A DNA stretch of 63,309 bases, filler included, from Stramenopiles sp. TOSAG23-3 (Eukaryota), in assembly GCA_900128585.1 (NCBI GenBank). It is 13 parts of 13 records of this genome, joined end to end, with 100 filler letters (N's around TTAATTAATTAA, not from the genome) between each part and the next. Parts side by side here need not be neighbours in the genome. Positions count along the whole stretch, not along the records: positions 6,042 to 11,971 come from LT643413.1; positions 12,072 to 17,990 come from LT643414.1; positions 18,091 to 24,004 come from LT643415.1; 10 more parts are not named here. One strand, given 5' to 3'. The notes beneath the pieces were generated by a model. That model searched no databases. It worked only from the letters and a program-made list of their open reading frames with translations, and was not told the origin of the DNA. The position numbers and the translations under genes are program-made. Positions 10,210-19,213 of the stretch are shown here, piece by piece (within the stretch, counting starts at the first letter, position 1; each line of letters starts with the position of its first letter).

Positions 10210-10674
10210 TAAAAACAACCTATGTACTGTTTCTAATTCTACCGTACCAGGTATTATTACCAGTTTTCATACCCGTTCCGTACCTGGTACGCACAAGTAT
10301 CACACCCCCCGTACAGGCGTACAGGTACAGGTATTAATACCTTGTTTTCTATAGTCTCTCTCAACAATTGTTGTTGTATTTATATATACTCGTACATGTT
10401 TCTATATGATAGTACTACTAGTACAAATGTAGACTAAATGGGATGGATGATCCGATCCGATCCGTTTCACTTGAAACAATCCAAGGGTACCAATGCTGTG
10501 TTTATATTAAATATGACGCACTTCCTTTTAGTCAGGACTGCTTGTCTTGTGGATTGGTCGGTAGGCACCTGGTTCCTCTTTGCTATTTCATGTTGTTTGT
10601 AAAGAGTATTATTATACTGCTGGGAGGAGTGGAGTGATCGGTTAAATATAATTTTTAATTTCATTGTAATAATA

Positions 10675-10803
10675 NNNNNNNNNNNNNNNNNNNNNNNNNN
10701 NNNNNNNNNNNNNNNNNNNNNNNNNNNNNNNNNNNNNNNNNNNNNNNNNNNNNNNNNNNNNNNNNNNNNNNNNNNNNNNNNNNNNNNNNNNNNNNNNNNN
10801 NNN
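10675..10803. other. Internal scaffold gap (no stop linker)
   Basis: Plain N run inside contig 2. Confidence 0.95.
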
Positions 10804-11058
10804 TTTTTTTCATTGATCGATCCGGTCAGGTCGGTCAGGTCGGTGGTGAGATTTTTGTTGTTGTTACTTCTTCTTTCACTACTTACCAACTACAAGTAGT
10901 TTTTTATTATTATCATTAATATTTGATTTATTCTTGATAAACTGCGCGACATATATCACCTTAGAAAGCATTCTTTGGCGTCATTTGGAGAAGATTGTTT
11001 CCTCGTATCGGTTTGCATAACCCCAGTCAGTTAGAAAACTTCCTTTCCGTTGCTCCCC

Positions 11059-11971
11059 ATGAGTAGGAAGAGGACACCACGAGTTGCCCCAGTTGCACGG
11101 TCGTCCCAGTGTAATGAAAGCTTCGCATTTCAGTGCTCCCTTGGGTACGAGCCCAGGCCATTAAAGATGGTGAGTGCCTGGAACTTGAAAGGTATGCACA
11201 GCAACAACCCGGAGTGGGAAAACGATGAAAGCTTGCGGTGCTTTAATATAACCCCTGCAGAGTTAAAATATGGCCCCATCCAAATCGACCATAAATATAC
11301 GCTAAAGTTAAAGTTTCGGAACAGAGGAAATTTCACAGCCAGAGCACGGCTGCAACCGTTCAAGCCGGAAAAATTATGCACAGAAGAGGAAAACCTTATC
11401 TGGGCGTCAGGACACACCATTACTATTGCCCCAGGGTGCTGCAAGACGATTGGGATATCTGTATTAGGCCGTTCCTTGGGTCACCTTCATCATGTCCTAA
11501 AAGTTACAACGGAAAGAAAAATATACGAAATACCTATGTCTGCTGAGGTCATGGACCAGGACGAACACGCAGAAACAGTGCAGTGGAACAAGCTCCGGAA
11601 GAAAATGAAGGCGAGTGCAAAGCAGCAAGGTGGTGGAACGGGCAAGAAAATAAATGAAATAGAGCTTATAGCTAATGGGGACGAGGGAGTAGGCGATTAC
11701 TTGTACGACGGTGACAAGTACACGTCAGAGATCTCAAACGCATACCTCAATTCGAAATGGGATGAGTTTTCCAAACGAGTAATAATAGACCATCGAGAAA
11801 AGTGGGTACTGCGCCCTGACGTAAACATTGACAGAAAAACTTTGGAAGATAACTACAACAAAACTTTTAAAACAGCAAAGTCAAAATGGACATCATTCAA
11901 AGATAGGTTCAAAACTGGGGGTGCGGCAAAGTCTTTGTTTAAGCAAACAGGCCACCACACACCGAAAGAAG
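11059..11971 (+). CDS. ASH/PapD-like Ig-domain protein, probably ciliary; 3'-truncated
   Basis: ITPAELKYGPI..YTLKLKFRNRG..IAPG..LKVTTE..YEIPMSAEV fits the ASH-domain pattern. ATG at 11059. Confidence 0.55.
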
Positions 11972-12071
11972 NNNNNNNNNNNNNNNNNNNNNNNNNNNNN
12001 NNNNNNNNNNNNNNNTTAATTAATTAANNNNNNNNNNNNNNNNNNNNNNNNNNNNNNNNNNNNNNNNNNNN

Positions 12072-12150
12072 TTGCTGTGTTCATATGTATTTATCCTATG
12101 AATAACTGGTATTGTTAGAGACTCTTTTATTATGATGTTCAGTAAATATA
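12072..12150 (+). repeat. 79-bp exact direct repeat, left end of contig 3 (second copy 17912-17990)
   Basis: TTGCTGTGTTCATATG...CAGTAAATATA is identical at both contig ends. Confidence 0.97.
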
Positions 12151-12192
12151 CAAAAATTAATTAATTATATGATGATGTGATGATGTAAATAT

Positions 12193-15100
12193 TTAAGAGG
12201 TTGACCTGCCCTTTTGAAGCAACCGGCGGCCGCCACGGCGAGAGCCTTGCCTACCCTGAAGCAACCTTCGGCCACGACTCTGTTGCACTTTCAATCCCTT
12301 CTTCTCACCTTCCAACATCTCTTTCAGCGCCGTTTCAAAATTGTCGTCGGCTTTCTTGCGACAGAACGTGACCTCCCCGGAGCTCATCTCGCTCTCTTCC
12401 CACCCTGCAAGGCAGGTTTTTCGAAGCGGGGTTACTGTTGGAACAGCACGATGTGCTGTTGGCGATCGCGACTTTACAAAGCTGCCAATGTTATCTCGCA
12501 CGCACTGGCGAGTGTAATCCAGGCGAACGTCTTGGACAACGCCCGGGGTCAAGTCGTGATCCACTCTTGTAAGGTTTATTTCAACAAGGAAACATTTTCG
12601 GTCCCCATCCCTCTCCCTAATCCCCGATACCACAAACCTGCCCTGGTTGCAACCGTTCAGGATTCCCCCGTTGCGGACGAGCTCGCAGACCATTGTGTTG
12701 TCTTTGTACGTTTGCCCCTTGCACACGTGCCTCTGTTTGGTGTCATTGGCGTACGATGGTTCACACTCGCACCGCGGGCGGTAAAACCCCTTTTCTTTGT
12801 CCCAATTTTCTTCTCGTATCCATGGGATTTCAGTACCGTCTGCACTGTACGTCGAAGTGACAGGGATCGCAGAGAGTTTGTAGCCCGCGGCATTCGGGAA
12901 TGGATACCCCTTTGCCCCGTAGCACTTCTTGCAGTCCTCTGCGCACTGAAACCCGTCCAGGGATTCCCCTTCGGTTTTCCACCCGCCTTCAATGGCATCG
13001 GCTTCGGATTTCTCTATACCAACCGTTGTTTTTTTACCCATATTCAATTTCATATCATCCCACCAGTAATTAAACTTTGCAGTCTCCTTCCGGCGAAACA
13101 GCTTAAACAAGTTTGGTTCGGGCAGTGCGATTCCGGGGCATTGGCTTTCAGTCATAAGGATATTTTTTTTTGACTCTTTGATAGAGCATGCTTGGTATTT
13201 GTTTTCGATTCGTTGTGGCATACTCGTAAACAAATCCAGTGCCCTGTCCGCAATCACTACGGGTGTGAGCCTTGTCGGCGTGTTCCATGGCCGCTTCGGT
13301 TCCTTCTCTTTTGGAATTTTAATCATTGACCCTCTGGCAACTAGGCAGTGTTCCTTACCCTTGCGGCACGGCAAGCATTTGGCCGATGACAAATGCCCTG
13401 CTCTGTTGGTATCTGGACAAGGGTCGCTCCAGTGGAAGCATTTACTTTCTGTAGTATCGCCATTTTCGCGGCACTGGGCTGCCCGACTTTTTATCCGTAA
13501 CCACGTCGTATCACTCTTCTTTTTGTCGGGGAGGAGTTCACCATTTTTGTCGTAGCCACCATAACCTCGAAATATATTTTTCAAGTCCGCGAAAAAGGGG
13601 TTTGCGTCGTACTCCAACATCTCACCACGGTCGCCGTGTAGGCTGCCCATGCTTGAAATAATGCCCCCGTCGGCTACGTATCCCCAAAACTTGATTTGTT
13701 TTCCCAATTTTTGAGTAAAATAGTCCAGCACAATGTTTGCAAGAACGTTCGGGGAATAAACATTGATGTACATGTCCCCTGGGTTCTCCGCGATATCTTC
13801 CAGCACTTCAAGGGCCCCTTTAAAACTTTTTTTCAGTTTCTTCAACTCTTTCTTGCAGTCTTCAACTTTTTTTTCTTTTGAGCACCTCTCTTCGGGTATG
13901 TTTTTCACTTCTTCCTTGATCCACACCAAATCGGTCTGAGTAGTGGTGCCCTTCTTTTCTTCCCCCATCGCAATCTGGTACAGTTCCTCCTTTTTCCAGC
14001 CTTCGAGGCCGTCCCGTAGAAGTTGAAGAGCATCGTCCAAAAAACGAACAAAGTATTTCGAGCGCAAAGTCGCCATAAACTCGTCGTAAGTCGCTGTCCC
14101 CTTGTACATTATGTCACGCTGTCTCAATCCCCAGTAAAACACTTTCTTGACAGCACTTGAGAGCCCGTCCGCTGCACCTTTCGACATTGTCGTAAGGCTT
14201 AATTCGGAGATATCATTTTTCTTGAATTGTACCACTTTCTTTGCATTCCGCACTTTGGAGTAGGAAGTTTGGTCCATTTTATTGAAAGCAAACAACGGCG
14301 CCAGGTATTTCATCTCCATATTTTCGTTCAATTCGTGTTCGGAAACAAACTGCTGCATTTTGTAAAAGTGGTAGATAAGAAGTGCAATTGGCACATGTTT
14401 TTCACCGACCGTGCCTAGGAACTCTGTTAGCTTTTGTGTCCCTGAAAAAGAAGAAATAGAGCACAAGTCAACGTGAAGCTGATCTGGTGTTGCTGCGTAA
14501 AATATATCCAGGACCTTCATGGCTTGATAGGCAGCCTGTCCAACACCATATTCCTTAGAGCCTTCATCCGGGCTTTTATCGTTTATCTCCTTCACTATCT
14601 TCTCAAACCCTTTGCGAACGTTCTTGTAGTCACGAGTAACGTCGCCCACACTTATACGGTCCCTGACATACCCTGTTCTCGGGTCCCCTCTTTTGTCAAG
14701 AAGTTTCCAAAATAAACGGAAATCATAAGCGACGTTGATAAACTGCTGCAAGTTTCCAACGAAGCAGTCGTCCCCGAGCAGCTCCTCGACCCAATTGAGA
14801 GGGTCGTTTGTCCGATTGCACATGCTCGCGAAAGTCTTTAACAGTGGCGACGCATTGACTTTGTTTTCTGCTTCCTTTTCGAGGTCGCGGATTTTTGCGT
14901 TTAAAATTTCTAGGATGGACGTTCTGAAACCGTCTATAAGTTTATCTTTCCCTACAGCTTTCACAACAAGTCCGCACACGTCATTATTCCCGAAGTGAAG
15001 GTCCACTTTTAATTTAGAACTGTCAATCTTCGGTACCGTTATATCAATGAGGTTCTTTGCGTCGTCGGTAAACCCAATGGAGGTTTCAAAGTCTGTTTTC

Positions 15101-17364
15101 CCATACTGACCCTCGATCCACCCGTTGCACGCATGTTCAAGGGACGACAATTTAGCTAAACTTTTCCCATTCTTTTTTACTTCGGAACTAATTTTTTCGT
15201 TGACAAAATTTTCCACTTTCTTTTCAAATTCGAGGAGTTTTGAATTGAACAATTTAGGGATAAACTTTTTGAAACCGTTTATAAGCTTCGCTTTTCCTAC
15301 AAGCTTTACTACAACTCCGCACACGTCATTGTTACCGAAGTGAAGGGCCAAGTTTAATTTCGAAATGTCAATCTTCGGTGCCGTTACATCAATGAATTTA
15401 TTTGGGTCGCTGGTAAACTGAATGGAGGTTCCAACGTCTGCTTTTCCATACGAACCCTCGATCCACCCGTCGCACATATTTTGGAGTGGTGACGGGTTAA
15501 CGTTCCCTTTCTTTTCTACTTCGGAACTAATTTGTTCGTTGACAAATTTTTCCACTTTCTTTTCTAATTCGGGAATTTTATCGTTGAGAACCTTTTCCAC
15601 TTGCCCCTTGATCATGTTTATAATCTTCCCCTTCCCTTTAAACTTCACCGCGATTTCGCACACGTTATCGACGTGAAAGTTAATTCTCAACTTGGAAAAG
15701 TCAATCTTCGGCGGGATTACATTAATGAAGTTCTTTGGGTCGTTGGTAAACTCAATGGAGGCTTCAAGGTCTGCTTTCCCGTACTCCGCTTCGACCCACC
15801 CGTCGCACTTGACTTTGTTTGTCACCACGGTCTTTACCACTTGGACCGCCTTTTTGACAAACTTTACGGCTCTCTTGACTGTCTTTTTGAAAAACTTTCC
15901 GATCTTCTTGAAAAACTTCTTCGACCTTGCAGAGGCCCTTCGACGGAACAGTTTTCGTTCCCCGGTCTGGAGAAACATGAAAAATAGCTTTCTTCTGATT
16001 TTCAACTTCAACCGTCGGAGCTTCACGTCGATTCCTTTTATCTTTACCGTATAACGGTTCTTGTGGCGTGGATGCTTCTCGATCAGGATCTTGTCAACGT
16101 TGAATCTCTCGAGGGTGAGGGCGCCTTGGAAAGTCACCCCTTCCTTTGAAGGAAGTTGTATCGCTGCAATTTTCTCTTTGACCTTTTGAAGAAGAGCGTT
16201 TTTGTGCTTTGCTATGAGCGGGTTAAGATGGCGGATCAAGGGCTCCAAAGATTTGAGTTTCAGGTTCAACCTGGCCTTCCCGTCAACTCCTATCATCTTC
16301 ATCGTATAATGGCGCTGCTGGTGTGGATGCTTTTCGATCAGGATCTTCGAAACGTCCAATTTCTGCAGTTCAAAGGCGCCCGGAAAGGCCTCCCCTCCCA
16401 CCGAAGGGAGTTTTATGTTTTCTACTTTGTCTCTTGCCTGTTTAAGGAAAGCGTCTTTTATACCATTATCTGCTATCAATGTGTTAATATGGCGGACCAA
16501 CGGCTCGAACGTTTTGAGTCTCGTTATCATCTTTGCCTTCGCGTCGACTCCTTCCATCTTCATCTTAAAGGTGTACTTCTTCTTCTCGATCAGGATCTTA
16601 TCAACGTTGAGTCTCCTAAGGTCAATGTCGACCGGGACGGCCTCCCCTCCCAGTGAAGGGAGCTGTATGTTTTCTACTTTGTCTCTGGCCTTTTGAAGGA
16701 AATCGTCTTTATATTGCTCGAGGACCGGGTTCAGTACGGGGACGAATTTCCCGAACGTGCCTCGCATGCACTGCGGATAATCGACATCGTCGACATCGAC
16801 CTTCTTCCGCACCGGGACCTCTTCCAAAAAGCTTACGGTGTTTTCGGGTTTCTTCCTGAGCGCCTTTTTCGCAGCCATGGAACGTTTTAGATCTTTTGGG
16901 TTTTTCTTCTTCAGCGCTGAGACGGTCGGTACGGTTGTTGCTCCTGTCGGTGGTGACGCTCGGGCCATCATATCCTCCTTGCCGTACGAGGGAAACTCCG
17001 TTTCAGAGCACGCCCGCCCATCCAACTGGTCTTTGTATTTTTCAAAGGATTGAATTTTACTATGGTCCCTCTCTTCGCTCTTGCAGGTCTCACTGTTCTC
17101 TGCGGAGTCTTTAAATGCTTTAGTAAGCTTTGTAATAAAGTCCACAGCACCACTAATAACTTCTAGTTGATCCTCTTTCTTGAGGACAAGTTGGCGTATC
17201 GTTTCAACAAATACACTTTCATTGCCATTTTTTAATTTGCACGTATTTGGATGATGATATATGCTCTCTGCACAAGTGTATGGTTTCCCATGCGTTCCGT
17301 CCGCCGGGAGGAGCAAGGCGTGCAACACCAGTACGCAGCAGACTACGGCAACAGACTTAATCAT
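12193..17364 (-). CDS. 1723-aa secreted protein with three BPI/LBP(TULIP)-like repeats, a cationic amphipathic helix and a Cys-rich C-terminal region
   Basis: Signal peptide MIKSVAVVCCVLVLHALLLPADG. Three A-repeats (..LQKARDKVENIQLPS..NVDKILIEK..) followed by three B-repeats (CxGWxExxYGKxD..PKIDxSKL..VC). RRLL motifs at the C-terminus. The fold call is inference. Confidence 0.75.
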   Translation of the reverse strand: MIKSVAVVCCVLVLHALLLPADGTHGKPYTCAESIYHHPNTCKLKNGNESVFVETIRQLVLKKEDQLEVISGAVDFITKLTKAFKDSAENSETCKSEERDHSKIQSFEKYKDQLDGRACSETEFPSYGKEDMMARASPPTGATTVPTVSALKKKNPKDLKRSMAAKKALRKKPENTVSFLEEVPVRKKVDVDDVDYPQCMRGTFGKFVPVLNPVLEQYKDDFLQKARDKVENIQLPSLGGEAVPVDIDLRRLNVDKILIEKKKYTFKMKMEGVDAKAKMITRLKTFEPLVRHINTLIADNGIKDAFLKQARDKVENIKLPSVGGEAFPGAFELQKLDVSKILIEKHPHQQRHYTMKMIGVDGKARLNLKLKSLEPLIRHLNPLIAKHKNALLQKVKEKIAAIQLPSKEGVTFQGALTLERFNVDKILIEKHPRHKNRYTVKIKGIDVKLRRLKLKIRRKLFFMFLQTGERKLFRRRASARSKKFFKKIGKFFKKTVKRAVKFVKKAVQVVKTVVTNKVKCDGWVEAEYGKADLEASIEFTNDPKNFINVIPPKIDFSKLRINFHVDNVCEIAVKFKGKGKIINMIKGQVEKVLNDKIPELEKKVEKFVNEQISSEVEKKGNVNPSPLQNMCDGWIEGSYGKADVGTSIQFTSDPNKFIDVTAPKIDISKLNLALHFGNNDVCGVVVKLVGKAKLINGFKKFIPKLFNSKLLEFEKKVENFVNEKISSEVKKNGKSLAKLSSLEHACNGWIEGQYGKTDFETSIGFTDDAKNLIDITVPKIDSSKLKVDLHFGNNDVCGLVVKAVGKDKLIDGFRTSILEILNAKIRDLEKEAENKVNASPLLKTFASMCNRTNDPLNWVEELLGDDCFVGNLQQFINVAYDFRLFWKLLDKRGDPRTGYVRDRISVGDVTRDYKNVRKGFEKIVKEINDKSPDEGSKEYGVGQAAYQAMKVLDIFYAATPDQLHVDLCSISSFSGTQKLTEFLGTVGEKHVPIALLIYHFYKMQQFVSEHELNENMEMKYLAPLFAFNKMDQTSYSKVRNAKKVVQFKKNDISELSLTTMSKGAADGLSSAVKKVFYWGLRQRDIMYKGTATYDEFMATLRSKYFVRFLDDALQLLRDGLEGWKKEELYQIAMGEEKKGTTTQTDLVWIKEEVKNIPEERCSKEKKVEDCKKELKKLKKSFKGALEVLEDIAENPGDMYINVYSPNVLANIVLDYFTQKLGKQIKFWGYVADGGIISSMGSLHGDRGEMLEYDANPFFADLKNIFRGYGGYDKNGELLPDKKKSDTTWLRIKSRAAQCRENGDTTESKCFHWSDPCPDTNRAGHLSSAKCLPCRKGKEHCLVARGSMIKIPKEKEPKRPWNTPTRLTPVVIADRALDLFTSMPQRIENKYQACSIKESKKNILMTESQCPGIALPEPNLFKLFRRKETAKFNYWWDDMKLNMGKKTTVGIEKSEADAIEGGWKTEGESLDGFQCAEDCKKCYGAKGYPFPNAAGYKLSAIPVTSTYSADGTEIPWIREENWDKEKGFYRPRCECEPSYANDTKQRHVCKGQTYKDNTMVCELVRNGGILNGCNQGRFVVSGIRERDGDRKCFLVEINLTRVDHDLTPGVVQDVRLDYTRQCVRDNIGSFVKSRSPTAHRAVPTVTPLRKTCLAGWEESEMSSGEVTFCRKKADDNFETALKEMLEGEKKGLKVQQSRGRRLLQGRQGSRRGGRRLLQKGRSTS

Positions 17365-17911
17365 TAATAGAAACCTGTGACTTTCTCGAATGTTTGTACT
17401 CCAACTGTTGGTCTGAAGTGCGCCTGTCCTTTTACGCCTTTCATATTAAACCTCTGTGACACAGATTCTTTCTTCGCATTCCACGCGTCCAACTGGTTAC
17501 GTTCCTTCGTGCGGCAACTGTGCTGCTTCTCTTGCTTGCCAGGACAGAGGGGGGAGTATAGTGGCATATATATAATACTAGTCGTCTATGCTACTACTAT
17601 ATATTGTAGCTACAGTACTATTCCTATACTCTACTAAATAGTACAGTAAATAACAGACTCTTCCCGCAGGCTGCCCAAGCAGATGAAAACCAACAACATC
17701 AAATAGCAAGGGGGCATTGACCGTATCAATCGGATCGAAAATCTAATAGCAATGTAGTATGGGAGGTTTGTGTATAGTGTGTGCATATGTATAATTACCG
17801 ATTATTGAAGAAATGCGGCAAAACCCAAGAAGGGACCCTCCCCCCCCCTTTTTTTAGAGTCTCAAAAACGTAACAATGTTCTACTTTTTTAATACATTGA
17901 ATGTATAATCC

Positions 17912-17990
17912 TTGCTGTGTTCATATGTATTTATCCTATGAATAACTGGTATTGTTAGAGACTCTTTTATTATGATGTTCAGTAAATATA
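17912..17990 (+). repeat. 79-bp exact direct repeat, right end of contig 3
   Basis: Identical to 12072-12150. Confidence 0.97.
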
Positions 17991-18230
17991 NNNNNNNNNN
18001 NNNNNNNNNNNNNNNNNNNNNNNNNNNNNNNNNNTTAATTAATTAANNNNNNNNNNNNNNNNNNNNNNNNNNNNNNNNNNNNNNNNNNNNATAAGTAGAT
18101 TTATATAGAAATTTGTGTTTGTGTAAATAGATATACCCCATTCTATTTTGTGACACCGTTTGTTTGTTTATTTCTTTGTCCGCGTCTGCGCAGAAATTCC
18201 TCGTCCGTACCTTTCCGTTCCAACCCTAAG

Positions 18231-18959
18231 ATGGCAGGTATGCTTCAAGTGAAGATTGACCCGCAGGCAGTCCTGCAGGAGAACTTTAAAATTTTACAGA
18301 GGATCGACAGCTCAATCGTTCGGGTTCTTGGAAATGCCGCGCATACTGCAATCTACACGTTCCAGCAGGAAAAGAAAGAGTGGAAGAGGAAAGATACAGA
18401 AGGTCCTTTTTTTATCGTAGAACGTCAACCAACCAAAGCCGCGCCCCACCGCTTTGCAATAATAGTTTTGAACCGTATCAACGCGACAAACTACGAGCAG
18501 GCAATCGCTGCTGATATCACAGTAGCGGTCAACGATCCGTACATTATTCTTCGCACGAAAGAAGAGTTTTTTGGTTTTTGGTTTGCGAATGCAAACGAAC
18601 GCAACACAGTTTCCGCCTTGCTCCAAAATCTCCTTCTCGCGGTAAACCAGCAGCAGCAACAACAGCAGCAGCAATCGCAGCAAGCCCAGGCGTCGCAGCA
18701 CTTGATGTCCTTGCTGCAAGGTGCGGGGGTAGGGGCGTCAGCGTTTGGGCAGCGCAACGCGGCATTCAACAATGGCGGGCCACAGTATCGGCAACAAACC
18801 CCTAACGTGACGCCAGATGAAGTAGAATTGACCAAGCCGCAGCTCCAACAAATGTTAATTCGCATGTTGAAAGACGACAGGTTTATTGGGCTGTTGCATC
18901 AACAATACGTCCAGTCGCTCCGTAAGAAACGCCAGCAGCCTGGTCCCGGGAACCGGTAA
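18231..18959 (+). CDS. DCP1: mRNA-decapping enzyme subunit Dcp1
   Basis: EVH1 domain (NFKILQRID..AAHTAIY..WKRKDTEGPFFIVER..VLNR..GFWF), polyQ, and the C-terminal trimerisation helix LTKPQLQQMLIRMLKDDRFIGLLHQQY. Confidence 0.92.
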   Translation: MAGMLQVKIDPQAVLQENFKILQRIDSSIVRVLGNAAHTAIYTFQQEKKEWKRKDTEGPFFIVERQPTKAAPHRFAIIVLNRINATNYEQAIAADITVAVNDPYIILRTKEEFFGFWFANANERNTVSALLQNLLLAVNQQQQQQQQQSQQAQASQHLMSLLQGAGVGASAFGQRNAAFNNGGPQYRQQTPNVTPDEVELTKPQLQQMLIRMLKDDRFIGLLHQQYVQSLRKKRQQPGPGNR

Positions 18960-19213
18960 TTAAGAGTGTGCGGCTGGACATTTTTTAAATTCATATGTAA
19001 GAACTTAAAAATGTAGATATTCTGAATTCTTAATGGATGTTGTAATATCATATTTGATTTAAAATGAGAGTCTTAAAACATACTATATATTTTATTTTTT
19101 TTTCATACCGTTCTAATTTTTTACACCACAGTCTTATTAGCAAAATATTTTGGATACTCTCGCGAGTCCTAAAGAAACACGACGTTTTTTTGATAAACTG
19201 CGCGGGGAACGTT

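Noticed and set aside
12214-17153. Many antisense and overlapping ORFs inside the 1723-aa gene (likewise within the RCC1-TBC, kinase, FtsX, DBF4 and Dispatched genes)
   Set aside because: Shadow ORFs expected opposite GC-rich coding sequence, with no recognisable motifs.
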